Part shown: piece by piece, positions 1-13,329 of the stretch | Position numbering within the stretch: position 1 is the stretch's first letter | How the letters are laid out: each line of letters begins with the position of its first letter | Source of the DNA: Octopus vulgaris | Lineage: Eukaryota | Assembly: GCA_951406725.2 (NCBI GenBank) | Contig: OX597820.1 | Location: forward strand, 78,554,001-78,618,000 | DNA length: 64,000 nucleotides | Reading direction: 5' to 3' | Notes under the pieces: generated by a model | Told to the model about the DNA's origin: nothing | The model's database searches: none | What the model saw: only the letters and a program-made list of their open reading frames with translations | Made by a program: the position numbers and the translations under genes

Positions 1-2
1 AA

Positions 3-326
3 AACGTCGGATGCGATGCCGCTTCTAATTGCCTCTTCTAGCTTCTTAACTAGCTCACCCTCTACTCTATTTCTATCTATGGCTAGTGCTTTGCTGTACC
101 TAATCGCTTCTGCTTTTACTGCTCTCTTGAGGGCAAACCACCATTTGTTGTTGATGATGGCTCCCGTCAAAGCCCTCTTTACTAGTGTGCTAATCCGGTC
201 TCTGAAAACTTGTCTCGATGGGAAAGACGCGTTTAGTTTCCAGTATCCGGGACCCTGCCTAAGTGTCTTACCTAAGTCTAGCGTACATGTCACAAGTTTG
301 TGATCCGTGTAGCTGACTATGTGGAA
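3..326 (-). mobile_element. Tx1/L1-clade LINE ORF2 fragment (end of APE endonuclease plus linker), running off the left edge
   Basis: Manual translation gives a stop-free 108-codon frame, FHIVSYTDHKLVTCTLDLGKTLRQGPGYWKLNASF...NNKWWFALKRAVKAEAIRYSK. The (S/T)DH..V and GPGYWKLN motifs are typical of Tx1/L1 ORF2. No start codon, so absent from the ORF track. Confidence 0.85.
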
Positions 327-328
327 CG

Positions 329-396
329 GATAGATAGATAGACGGATGGATAGATGGATAGATAGATAGACGGATGGATAGATAGATAGACGGATG

Positions 397-461
<65 letters not shown>

Positions 462-522
462 ATAGATGGATAGATAGATGGATAGACGGATAGATAGATA
501 GACGAATAGCTGGATAGATAGA
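329..522. repeat. (GATA)n/(GGAT)n microsatellite
   Basis: Direct reading. Confidence 0.95.
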
Positions 523-806
523 TATGTATACATGTATGTATGCATACATTTTTGTGTGTATACACACACAAACATAAATACACATATATATATATTGTAT
601 GTTTTTTACTCACCTATCATCCAGGTACATCACAAAATAAACATGCACTGATATTTCTGACAATTGAATGATGGAAATTACATGCGCATCACCTTGAATA
701 GAACCATTCGGTGTTTAATATGGTAAAGATAAAGGCAACTTGTGAATTATATGCGTATACTACATTTTTCTAAAATTTCAGGCCTTGTGCCTTTAGTAGA
801 AACGAT

Positions 807-863
<57 letters not shown>

Positions 864-866
<3 letters not shown>

Positions 867-1792
867 ATTTGTCTATTGTATGTCACGTCACAGTACCCTC
901 TCGCAACTTGGGGAGAACAACACGTATGTTTTTCCAAGTATTGTTGCTAACTTAGTACTTCCTAAGAAATTTGGTGTCTGCAGCTTTTCATGCCAGAATA
1001 ATGCTTTCTCTGAGATAGTCCCACGTGCATCGATCACAATAGATACCACACACACTTTTGAAGATCTATGATTGTCGTTCACTTCCAATGCTAGGTCTTG
1101 ATAGTAGTGTCGGCATCTAATTTAATGGAAGCTGTTTGTCTGAGCTTGCCTCTTACAAAAGTTGCTTTAGCACACTTATCAAGGCCAAAGTCCATCTCAA
1201 TGTCAGTATTGAATTCTTTAACAGTTGTTAACAGCCCTACTAGCTCTTTACTCTTTTTAGCAAACAGATGGTTTATTGTTGTATTGAAAATTTGAACCCA
1301 TACCTGGTGTTATTTAGTCTGTTTGAGAGTGGGGTCAGTGCCATGCAAAAGAGTAATGGGGAGGAGGAGTCACCTTGAAAAGTGCCTCGTTTGATGCTGA
1401 TGTTGTTAGTTTGGCTCATCCTATTACTATGGTTTATAAGAGAACGTGTGATCCACTTGGTCATGCTATCTTGTAAGAATTTGGAGATGACAAGAGAGAT
1501 CTTATATATCTCAAGGGCTTTGAATATCCAATTATGTGGGACACTATCAAACGCCTTCCTGTAGTCTATCCATGCTACACTCAAGTTCTTCTTTTTGCTC
1601 CGGCAATTCTCTACAATCCGTATACTTCGAAGTAATTTATCTTTTCACCCATTAGAATTCTTTTTACAGCGTTTTTGCGCTTGTAGAAGGATAGATCTCT
1701 GTTTAAGTAAAGCGTATATTCTGTCAGTTAATATGGACGTGAGGATCTTCTAGGTGGTGTTGAGACATGTTATCGGTCGTTACTTCTTTGGA
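864..1792 (-). mobile_element. R4/Dong-like non-LTR retrotransposon, degraded RT fragment
   Basis: RPITCLNTT*KILTSI, then SVAWIDYRKAFDSVPHNWI...IKRGTFQGDSSSPLLFCMALTPLS (ORF 1273..1584) and MDFGLDKCAK. Contains stops and frameshifts; flanked by trinucleotide repeats. Confidence 0.85.
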
Positions 1793-1800
1793 TTATTATT

Positions 1801-2319
1801 GAGTGAGAGAGCAGTGCATGCCATCAAAGTGACACTGGGGTAAAATATATGAAGCCCAGTAGATCCATCATGACTACCCGTCTGATAAGGGTACACTAGG
1901 CACATGCATCACAACCATATGTGCGCGACATGGTGATCTCATATCAAGATAAACCACGCAGGACCTTGCAGGTGGAGCCCACTTAGAATTTTCTTCTGGT
2001 CGAGTAGCCCATCCCGCTCAAAAGGTCCCTTTTGGATGTTGAACGAACCACCCATGTTTCCAAAGGTGAATCATCAAAACCTCTCAACACACAGCTATGA
2101 TGCTCCCCCACTACTTCAGCTCGTAATCAGAGATGCACACATCGTCAGCCACTAAGGGACATGGTCAACTGGTTACGGTCAAACAACTGACAAGCAAATC
2201 TCTGGTATTGAGCAGAATAGTTGCTGTAGCACATCTTTTATACCAAGACAAAACAATGTACATGATAACACTTGCAATCAGTTAAGATCAGAAGCCATGG
2301 GAGCCACTGTCTGGTACTG

Positions 2320-2320
<1 letters not shown>
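1801..2320 (-). mobile_element. Non-coding ~520-bp interspersed repeat (family D) embedded in (AAT)n
   Basis: Homologous copies at 56557-56928 and 60138-60592. One terminus, ...GCACTGCTCTCTCACTC, is followed by (AAT)n. Confidence 0.8.
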
Positions 2321-2365
<45 letters not shown>

Positions 2366-3372
2366 TTGGCTTAGCTCAGGTTCGGTCTTATTCCTGATAG
2401 GATTTATGTTGGTAGCGGGTTGCTACTTGTAACCTTATTTATCCACCAGTTTTTGGTAATCTTTCAAGTGCTTAAAACCCACCTCATAATGCTTGCTGTT
2501 TTTAAGAGACAAACTTTCTGTTGGAGCTCTATTGTGCATTCTATTCCAATCTCCTTACGCCATATGCTTATATCTTTTCTTACTCTTCCCAACGTACCAA
2601 TTATTATAGACACAATCTTTACTGTTCTCATGATCAAAATTCTTCCTATTTCAAATTTTAAAGGGTTTCTTTTTCATCCCCCTTTCCTTATGTCCCTGGA
2701 ATCAAATGGGCATTGTGGATGGATCAGTAAGCAACTTCGCTTTTCCTTATCTATAATTGTTATGTCCGGTCTATTAATTTCTATCTCCTTGTCCGTTTGA
2801 ACAGGAAAGTTCCACAAAATCCTATACTTCTCCGACTCCAATACTCTTTCGACTCGGTGATTCTACCACTTGTTTCCAACTTCAGATTCCCATTTCTGGC
2901 ACAGTTTCCAGTGTGAAACTTTTACAGTCTGATCGTGCCTCCATTTCTTATATTCTTCCCATGCCAACTTGGAGCATTCTGCCACAATGTGTACCACTGT
3001 CTCGTTCCAGGTTCCACAGACTGCAATTTTTTGACACATTCTCTTTATATATATTTTTTCTCAAGTTGTTTGCTTTTATTGCTTAATCTTCAGTAGCTAC
3101 AATTAGGCTCTTTGTCTCTTTCTCAGTTGCCTCTTTTTTAACCAGGCCCAAGATTTTGCTCCACATACATCTTCAGTGCCTCTCCAGAATTGACCATGCA
3201 GTGGTTTCTCTTCTATCTGTCTGACGAGCTTTCTTTGTATTTCATTCTCGTCTTTTTCTCCTATTACGCACTTCATCATCTGTTTGGTAGCTTTTTCCTC
3301 TCTCTGCTGCTCTGTAAATATTCTACAAGGCTGTTTCTTTCCATCTGTACACATTCTTCTACTGCTACTAAA
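2366..3372 (-). mobile_element. R4/Dong-like element 3' portion (zinc knuckle plus REL endonuclease), degraded
   Basis: EKPLHGQFW..SWAWLKK, ETVVHIVAECSKLA..RHD, HWKLC, ILWNFPVQTDKEIEINRPDI. The 3' end runs into (AAT)n at 2365. Confidence 0.85.
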
Positions 3373-3397
3373 TTGTTGTTGTTGTTGTTGTTGTTGT

Positions 3398-3691
3398 TCA
3401 TATACACTCAACAGATTAGACAGTTGGAAAAGAAAATAATCGTAACTTCGGGCAACAACAAGTAACCTTAGGTACCAAGAACCCTCCTAAGTATCTTAGC
3501 TGTCCCTAATAACACTGTTTTCTACATCTGTACTAAACTGGGTTTTATGCCTATTTCCTCTATCCGTCTGTTCAGTTCTTTGGGGGTAGTTACCAATGCA
3601 CCTATAACTACTGGGATACATTTTACCCGCACCTCCCATAGTCTCTGTTATTCAAAAGCTAGGTGCTGGTACTTTACTATCTTATTCTCGA

Positions 3692-3692
<1 letters not shown>
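3398..3692 (-). mobile_element. R4/Dong-like element extreme 3' end
   Basis: KIVKY..RLWEVRVKCIPVVIGAL...KTVLLGTAKILRRVLGT* plus a short 3'UTR, lying between (AAT)n and (AAC)n tracts. Confidence 0.8.
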
Positions 3693-3756
<64 letters not shown>

Positions 3757-6192
3757 TGTCAATTGATTAAGCATTCGACCAATTAACTAATCGGTTGTCT
3801 GATATTAATTGTTCGATTATTTAATCAATCAGGCTTGTCAACGACCTCCTCTATAACATTTTTGCACGACGTCCTCCGTAGCATATCTTCTCTACTTCCG
3901 GGCCTGTTTAGGTCTGTCTGTTTCAGACAAACCTGAAATAAACAGATCAAAAGAAGACATACTTGAAGCAGGCCTGGAGTAATTTTATGAAATCTTTCAA
4001 CATAGTAACACTACTCTCTTCTCTTACGGTTATTACTTCAATAATTTCTTACTACAAATAATCATTATATATTTAAATAACTATCTTAATCTCCAACTGT
4101 TTTTTTTATTCTCATTTTTGTTTTGTTCGATATATTTAATTATAAACACACTCTGTAACATATTTTTAACTTTTCGCAACAAATAGACTTGGCTAATTTA
4201 AATTTCAAATTAATTCCAAATTAATTAATAAATTGAACTTTATTCGTCGAATACATAAACAATTTCTGCTCACATTCGTCTGTCTCCCTCGTTTTCTCCT
4301 TTTCTATCTTTCTCTATCTTTATCGCTATCTCTCCCTCTTTATTTCTCTCTCTTTCACTCTCTCCACATTTCTCAGCTCCTTTGTTTTACACCATCGCTC
4401 CTACCCCAACCTAATTAAAGTTTCCCCCCCACCTCGTCTATAGATTACACGATACTCATACCGCTACTTATTCTCTCCTCCCTTCCTGTTAAATTTTATA
4501 TGCTTTTCTCTGTTTAGTTACTTAATAGATTATAATGTACAATTTACTCACGTCAATGAACGTCTTGCTCCAAGTGGGAAAACGGCTTATGTTAAGTGAG
4601 ATATCGTTTTGAATAGAAGTAATTATGTTCTGCTTTCTAACGATATTGAATCCTTTTAGAAACTGCGGACGGCTTTTCATTTGATTATATTCATCTAATA
4701 ACTATTATGTATATGCGTCTGTGTGTGAGTATATATGAGTAGTGTGTGTGTATGTATGTAGGTTTTCATTGCATTTTGCTGTTTTAAAACATCTTATGAA
4801 ACAGTTAATAAAATATATGTTCCAAATGTTAAAAGACCAAGGATTACTTTTGGGGTGGAGTTTGGAATAATAACTAAAAACACTCGAATGAAGAATAGCT
4901 ACAAAAGTTGGAAAACAGCTTATTAAAACCTGAAGCGTTTTTATTTATTTATTTATTCGTTTTTGCTTTAGTTTTTTTTTGTATATTTATTAGTTTTGAG
5001 TTTTTGTTTATTCGCTAGTTCTGTCTGAATTCTTTTGTTCAAGAAATCGATTCCTTTCCATTTCTTCATTCCATTTTTTTCTTTTTTTCCCCAGCGGCCA
5101 TAACTGTCTGAAAGTTTTAACACAAAATGACTATTATATAATTTAATGTCAGGCTTTTCTACTTGTCTTCCTATCAATACTCAATACTCTAGCTGAGAAT
5201 CTATCTATAAATTTATGTATGTAAACGTCTGCCAACGTAACTATATATATGTAAGAGGGCGTTTATGAATGGCGGGGGTCTTGTGTGTGATTACGTTTTT
5301 GCCCATAATAGTTTGTTTTTTTAATATCGAATATTTAAACAGAAAATCAGAGATAAAACGAAAAGAGAATGTTCTGTAAAACGTGTGATAAGGTTTTAAT
5401 AAGTTTTATAATATACTGAATATTAAATTTTCGATTATTTTGTCAGTGTTTTCTTCTTCTAATTGGTTGGTCATAAATAACTGAAACTGTTACTGATGAA
5501 TTTTGTATATGTTCCTAAAGCTTTTCATTATTATTTTTGTCATTAAGTTTACGGTTAATGTCTGAAATGCATACATAGTCTGTTACATTCATGTATATCT
5601 GTCTGTTGGTCTGGGATATGAGTAGTTAGATAAACTCTGTATTTGATATATATGCATATAAATTATGTATGTAAACAATTTATCACAAACATTTTTTTCT
5701 AACTTTCTCTTCATCTATCTATCTCTCTTTAGATATGGGTGCAAGAATGATGGAGTGTAGTATATACATATATACATATATATATATGCATGTATGTATG
5801 TATATATATATGACATAGGCGGAATGGTTGATGTGTCAGTATGTCAAGAGGTATGTACATTAATGTAAGGAAAAAGTGAGAAAAGCGGTATATGTGTGTA
5901 AGCGCACCTGTATACCTATGAATGTAGAAGTCTGTACATAAATCCGTGCGTATGTCTATATATGTGCGTATATTTGAGTATTCATGAATTCAGTATATAT
6001 ATAATGTGTGTATTTATGAGAATATATATATATATATACACATATATACATATAGATGAATATACATAAATAATATATACGAATAGATAAATATATATAA
6101 CATATACATACAAATATAAACACATACAAACACATATGTACATATACATACATATTTACACATATATGTATATAGACATATATATATGTGTG

Positions 6193-6247
<55 letters not shown>

Positions 6248-6306
6248 CTAAACGTATTCGTGTATATATATATATGTATATTCATGTGTATATATACATA
6301 TATATA

Positions 6307-6658
<352 letters not shown>

Positions 6659-8175
6659 ATACACATATATATGCATGTATATATTTATGCATATATGTGT
6701 AAATATATAACACACACCTCTAACTTTCAACCACCTTCATCTCATGTTAAACTTTACCAAATTATATTTTTATCTTATTTTATTTTATTTTTATTTTTAC
6801 TTTTATTTTTACTTTTATCCTACTTCCATTTATTTTTATTTTTACTTTTATTCTACTTCCATTTATTCTCATTTTTATTTTCATCCCTTACCTTAACTCT
6901 TATAATTTTTATAATTCTTATATTTCATTTCTAACTATTACATTGTATTTCTTATTTTATACTGTATTTTTTATTTCTAATTTTTACCCTTACCCTCATT
7001 CTTACCCCTAACTTATCGCTTTACACCTCTATATATGTTTATTTACTTACCTATGGATCCACTTTTTGACTATACGAGCGTCCGCGTACGTGTGTATACG
7101 CATACATACATATGCACGCGCATATATGTACATGCATATTTCGATATCTTATAGCTATACCCATATGCGCGTGTGTCTCTGTGTGTGTATGTGAGTGTGT
7201 ATGTGCACGCGCATACGGACACACAGCCGTGTGTGCGTGCACGTATAGACATGAGTACGTGACTTTTTACATACGTTCTTATATACATCCTTTAATATCT
7301 TATATCTAGACCTAGAGGCGTGGGCATATACGTGTGTGTATGTAGGGATGGGCGCGCGTATGTACATGTGAGTGTGTACGCGTATAATGTCCGTGTATAC
7401 ATGCGGATATTCTGTTGTATGTATGTATGTGTACGCGCGTGCATGTGGGTGCGTGTGTGTTTATGTACATGTTTACACGCGAGTGCGTGTGTATGCTTAT
7501 AGGTTTGGAGGCGTATATGTACGCGTGTATGTGGGTGTATGTATCCATGATGATATGTATGTACTAGAAGTTCATTTAATTCAAGGAACCAGATTAAATG
7601 CTCATCAGCTCTGATTTACAACACATTAGGTCCCCAGACGAAACTGTTGATTTACTGACAATTCTACAACTAAATTTTATCAATCTCCTGACCACCATGC
7701 TTGGTCCGTAACCTCTATACATCCCTTATCTTTACATTCTTTTACATTTTTATCATGTTTTTATCATGTTTTTTTTACTTTTATTTCTATTTCTATTTTT
7801 ACTTTATAACCTTATGCCTTTACATTTATTTACATTTCTTTATATTTCTTTATATTCTTTATACCCCCTTTACATCTCCTTATAACTCTTTATATCTTTA
7901 TGCTCTACATTTTTATATTTTTCTATACTTACACCTTTTATACATTTTTTATCCCTGGTCCCGAATTCTCGCCCCTCCATCTTCACGTCTATATATGTAT
8001 TTATTTATTTACATTACCTCAACATCCAGTTTTCCTCATTCTACATTGAGAGAAGAAAGAGATGGACGCTTCAATTCTATGCTGCTGCCGCATTATGTCG
8101 TACGCGAATGAGAGGATTTGCATCCCCAACCAACAATTTTTGATGTAACACATGTCCTTGTGGAAGCTGTTGTGC

Positions 8176-8253
8176 GCGGCTGAAGAAGGCCACAGACATA
8201 CATTATGCATTGTTATAAATCTGTCTAATAAAGGCCCGAAACATATGTACCGC
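8176..8253 (+). ncRNA. Minimal type-I hammerhead ribozyme motif
   Basis: GCGG-CUGAAGA-AGGCC...GGCCC-GAAA-CAUAUG-UA-CCGC. Stem I GCGG/CCGC, stem II GGCC/GGCC, palindromic stem III ACAUAUGU, GUA triplet. Confidence 0.75.
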
Positions 8254-9149
8254 TGAATCCTTCGCATCATGTTTTTATTTTATTTTGATCAATATATATA
8301 TATTTGTATGTATGTATGTATGTATGTATGTATGTATGTATGTATGTATGTATGTATGTATGGTACAGAATAGAATTTTCTTATTTCTAAAGTGATGTGT
8401 TTTAAAATCTTGCTCTTTTCAACCATGAAAAAGTAATTTCCAGGCAACGTGGTAAAATTTTTCTCGATGTTGTTGATGTTGCTGCTGATGTCGTTTTATG
8501 TTCTTGCCGTTGTTATTGTGGTTGATGATAATGTTGATGATGATGCTGTTGTCACTGCTACCCCCCCTTGTTCTTTGTGCTGATGTTTTATAGTATTTAT
8601 GGTTCTTGGTTGATGCTTAACTTTCGAAATCTGTTGAAGATAAAGAATAAATCTGTCAATTGCTGGAGCTGTTCTTGATGACTAGCAGGGTCTAAATATG
8701 AGAGACTGTGTGTGAGATGTATTTGCATGTGTGTGTTTAGAACCTTTTGGTACATTCCACTGCCTACTTGTTACAGAGAGAGTCGAAAGAATAAAGTATC
8801 TTATAAATGTAAGCATATCAAACAAGCAACAAATACAAGTACAAAAAATATTCAGTCTCCTCGCTTGTGGGAATGATTTGTGCATGGAGGTAAAAGGCCG
8901 ACGTTCTGGAAAGGAAATATTGCGTAGCGTGATTGATGCAAGGTCTGGTGGGATATGAGATTACTATGATGAGAGGAAAAAAACAAGTTGGACAAGAACT
9001 TTTAAGAGGAAAAGGCATGAAACCACCCAGGATATATTCGTCAGATGACTACCAGCAATCAACGATGCCGAGTTCACCATCAATTGCGATAAATGATAAA
9101 TTATCGGATTCAAAATTTGGAACAAGACCAATAACTTCGGGGGAAACGT

Positions 9150-9608
9150 GAATACATTACATCGATCCCAGTGCAAAACTGGTACTTATTTTATCGATCC
9201 CGAAAGGATGAAAGATAAAGTCGAACTCGGTGTAATTTGATCTCACAGTGTAAAAACGATCGAAATGCCGATAAGCAATTTTCCCGGCGACACTACCAGC
9301 TCGCCGCCTTCGTCCCGACAAACGTTATATCAATCAGATATTACTGGTATTATTAATCAGAGCAAAAAATGAGTGTTTTTCTTTTCCGTTTTTGCTAATT
9401 AATCCTTTCTACTGCAGGCACAAATTTTGGGGGAAGGCATTAAGTCGATTACATAGACCACAGTGCGTAACTGGTACTTAATTTATCGTCCCCGAAACGA
9501 TGAAAGGCAAAATCGACCTCGGCGGAAATTGAACACAGAACTTAGCTACGAAATACTGGTAAGCATTTCGCCCGGCGTGCTAACGATTCTGCCAGCTCGC
9601 CGCCTTCA
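9150..9608 (-). mobile_element. Two SINE family A copies (9150-9310, 9404-9608) within a local tandem duplication
   Basis: Both match family A and are followed by the same ~95-bp flank. Confidence 0.8.
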
Positions 9609-11369
9609 GCCCGACTAATATTATATCAATCAGATATTACAGGTATAATTAATCAGGGCAAAAAAAATGGGCGTTTTTCCTTGCTGTTTTTGTTAATTAA
9701 TATTATTTGTGGACATTTGAGAATTTCATTATTCTTACCAAACGGAAGAATTAGACAATGCTTTGGTCATTTTTTATTTTGTATTACTTTTATTTGATCT
9801 AGTTGGGGGTGGGGAATGACTTGCTACTGCCTCTCTTCATTTTATTGCTATTAGTTGTTATACTTCTGCTATTGTGGTGACAACGACTAATTTTTACTTG
9901 ACCTGATGTAATAACTTGTCCTGTACTTTTCGAGAATTATAATCTTAAGAATATTCTTGCTCGCATTTTTCCATGTAATCCAGGGTTTTTCCAGGCTATG
10001 CTATTATGCTAATTAATAATGTGTCAATAATTAGTTAATAATGTGTCAATTAATAATTTAAGATTTTACCTTATTGAAAATTGTCTAGCATTTAAGCTGA
10101 CGTAATTAACCTAATTGCAAATTAGCGGTGTTGTAGGATAATTTTTTCCTTACCTCAATGATTCCGGTGACATATATTAAAAGTCCCCTTCTAGAACTAT
10201 ATTCACAAAAAAGTATAGAACAATATTATCAAACTCAAAGTTGAGAAAAAAGCACTCATGATTTTTTTCTTTTAAAACATCATTTCATGAGATTGATACC
10301 ATAAAATTTCTCGAATTGAGCTCTAACATTTAAGTGAGTAAATTACACTACTAGCGTTGTTGAATAATGTGTGTATACATACTTACATATTCACATACAT
10401 ATATATATATATATACAAATGCACATATACACATACATATATACATGCATACATATCCATATATACACATACATACATATACATATATCACTATATATAC
10501 ATATATATACATATAAATACACATACATAAATATATGTACATATATATACACACATATATATACACATACACACACAGACATACATATACTTACCCACAT
10601 ACGCATAAATATACATATGTATGTATAAACATACACACATATATATCTGCATACATACACCTGTACATATGCACACCCATATATGTACACACACAATGTC
10701 ACATACATATACACATACATATTTATACACACATGCATACACACATGTATGCGCACCACATTTAAACAGTCAAACCTTCATGCATGTATATTTGTACTTA
10801 TATGTGCGTACTTATACATGCATATATATACATATACATATACCTATATATATATACATGTAAAAGCCGGACTAGATTATTTTATACGCAACTCTGTTGT
10901 CTCCCGAGACAAAAAGGGTGCCAACAACAACAACAATATATATACATATATTTGCATATACACATGCATGTATGCACTTTTACGTGCATACACAAATGCA
11001 TACACATACATACACACATATACATACACCTACAAATACATGTACAAATATACATACACACACATATACATACGCACACATATATGTATATACATATACA
11101 TATACACACATATATATATGCACATACACACCAACATAACAGTAGTAACCTATTCATATGCATATGTAGGTGCATGTATGCATATATATTCATACATACA
11201 CATACACGCGCATATATGTATATATACAACCACACACCCACCCATATACACACATACTCACATGTATACATATATATAGTACATAAAAGTATGTATACTC
11301 ATATGTAGTTCTCATTGTTCAGGCGTCTTTCTGTGGATTGTTGGGATTGGAGTTCCGGTGGCTTTGCTA

Positions 11370-11925
11370 TTAATTTTTTTCTCAGTTTCGATTGGTATTT
11401 TCGAATAAAGTATTCTTCCTTGGTCTTACGAAAATGGTTATCTTCTGTCCATAGTTTGAAGAAAGGGAATATTTTGAATTTTCCTTTCCAACATTGTGGG
11501 GTAATGGATTTGTTGTTTATGTACCCTTGCTCTCTTTTATAGTCCAATGCCTGTTTCACTAATGAAGTATTCTTTTTATTTAGGACATATTTCACAGTAG
11601 ACTAGGTTTCTGGATTTTCAATTCATATTTGCATTTATTTTTAAGGTGTTGTTATCTTTGAAAATAATTGGTTCTCCTTCTTCAACGTAAACTCACATTC
11701 TACAGCGAGGATCACCAGAGTTTTGAACTCACTTTGTTGTTTCTGTGTGTTTGTTTTGCTCTGAGGTCTGTAGTTAGAATGCTTTTTGCTTTGGTGATGG
11801 CTGTCTCAAATAAACTAGTGGGATATTTTTTTTCCTTAAGTAATATTTTTAATTCCTGTAATCTTTTATCTCCTAATCCTGCATTTATTACTAGAGTGCA
11901 AATTCGTTTTGCCATATTAAAGTGT
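11370..11925 (-). mobile_element. Penelope-like element fragment (RT thumb and GIY-YIG C-terminus, internally deleted)
   Basis: FNMAKRICTLV...DKRLQELKILLKEKKYPTSLFETAITKA and GKFKIFPFFKL...RKTKEEYFIRKYQSKL resemble PLE thumb and endonuclease-end motifs. Flanked by (TA)/(CA)-rich repeats. Confidence 0.75.
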
Positions 11926-11993
11926 ATGTTTATTTTATATATATACATATATATATATAAAATATTAACCTCCGAGGTTTATATCTTCACTTG

Positions 11994-12031
<38 letters not shown>

Positions 12032-12238
12032 CTTTTCTCTTTGCTGTGTATATTTTCTTGTATGTATATTTGTAAGAAAAAATATTTTGCTATTTAAGCA
12101 ATCAGTAAAACATACATTCTTCAGTTTGAAAACGGCTACTCGAAAGCTTGAAACTCATATCAGAGTAAAACACTGTAAACACAATTATTAAGATTAAAAT
12201 AAAAACTATCCCCTCAAAAAAGCTATCTCTACACATTC

Positions 12239-12281
<43 letters not shown>

Positions 12282-12744
12282 CATACATACATACATACAT
12301 ACATACATACATACATACATACATACATACATACATACAGTCATACATACATACATACATGTATGTATATGTATATATATGTACATATTTATATGTATAT
12401 ATACATATTTATATATAAATGTATATATATGTTTCTTCTTCTTCCCTGCCAAGAATTCACGACGACCTCGAACCCACAAGAGTAAACAAGAGAGACAGAG
12501 ACAGACAGAAACAAGGAAAATGCCCCTTGTATTTGAATACCCTGCAAATATTGTTCTCAAAACCTTTTCTTTTAATTTTTCCAAAATTTAATTGTTTTCC
12601 ATACTTACAGTTGAAAAAGTTTCAATGACTGAAACCGGTAATGAAATGTTTTTTATAAAATTATTTTAGCATTTTCTACTTTGACTTTTTCCATATATAT
12701 CAACTCGTGTGTTCCTTTTCAACCTTCTGCATATATATTTATAT

Positions 12745-12792
<48 letters not shown>

Positions 12793-13329
12793 TATTGGAC
12801 GAGTTTTCACAGTTTTTCACATAGCCTGCCAAATTTACACACAAGATTCCGTGCATTGGAATTGAACTCAAAACGAACTACTTAACCGCACAGACATGCC
12901 TTCGCCTCTACACATATGTTGACGTTAATAAGCAAAACGTCTTGTGCCGTTTTGCCTTCTTTTCTTAAATACCTGTTTGTGCTCTGAATGCTATAGACGT
13001 ATTGTTGTGTAATTTCTAGTGTGTTTTTCTTTCACCATTTATGATGTTGAGAGCAGCACTGCTTGGTTGTAAATGATATTATCTGAATTTACTGATAAGG
13101 AGGAAATCGGTATATTTGTCATATCTTATCGAATGTTTGATGGTTTGGAGTCAGTTTCCATGTAGTGCAGTTGATATAGATTTTACAGATTTGACGCAGT
13201 TGTGCAGCTGTGACTGAGAAGTGATGTGAATAACTAATATGATGTCATCTGTGTATAAGATTTTGTGTTGATTTGGGTATTCTGTAGATGCAAGATAAAA
13301 TGAGTTGATGGAAGGATGGATCTCTGTGG

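Noticed and set aside
1875-2160. CTGATRAG and CTGACGA motifs in family D as hammerheads
   Set aside because: No convincing stem II-GAAA-stem III-stem I arrangement.
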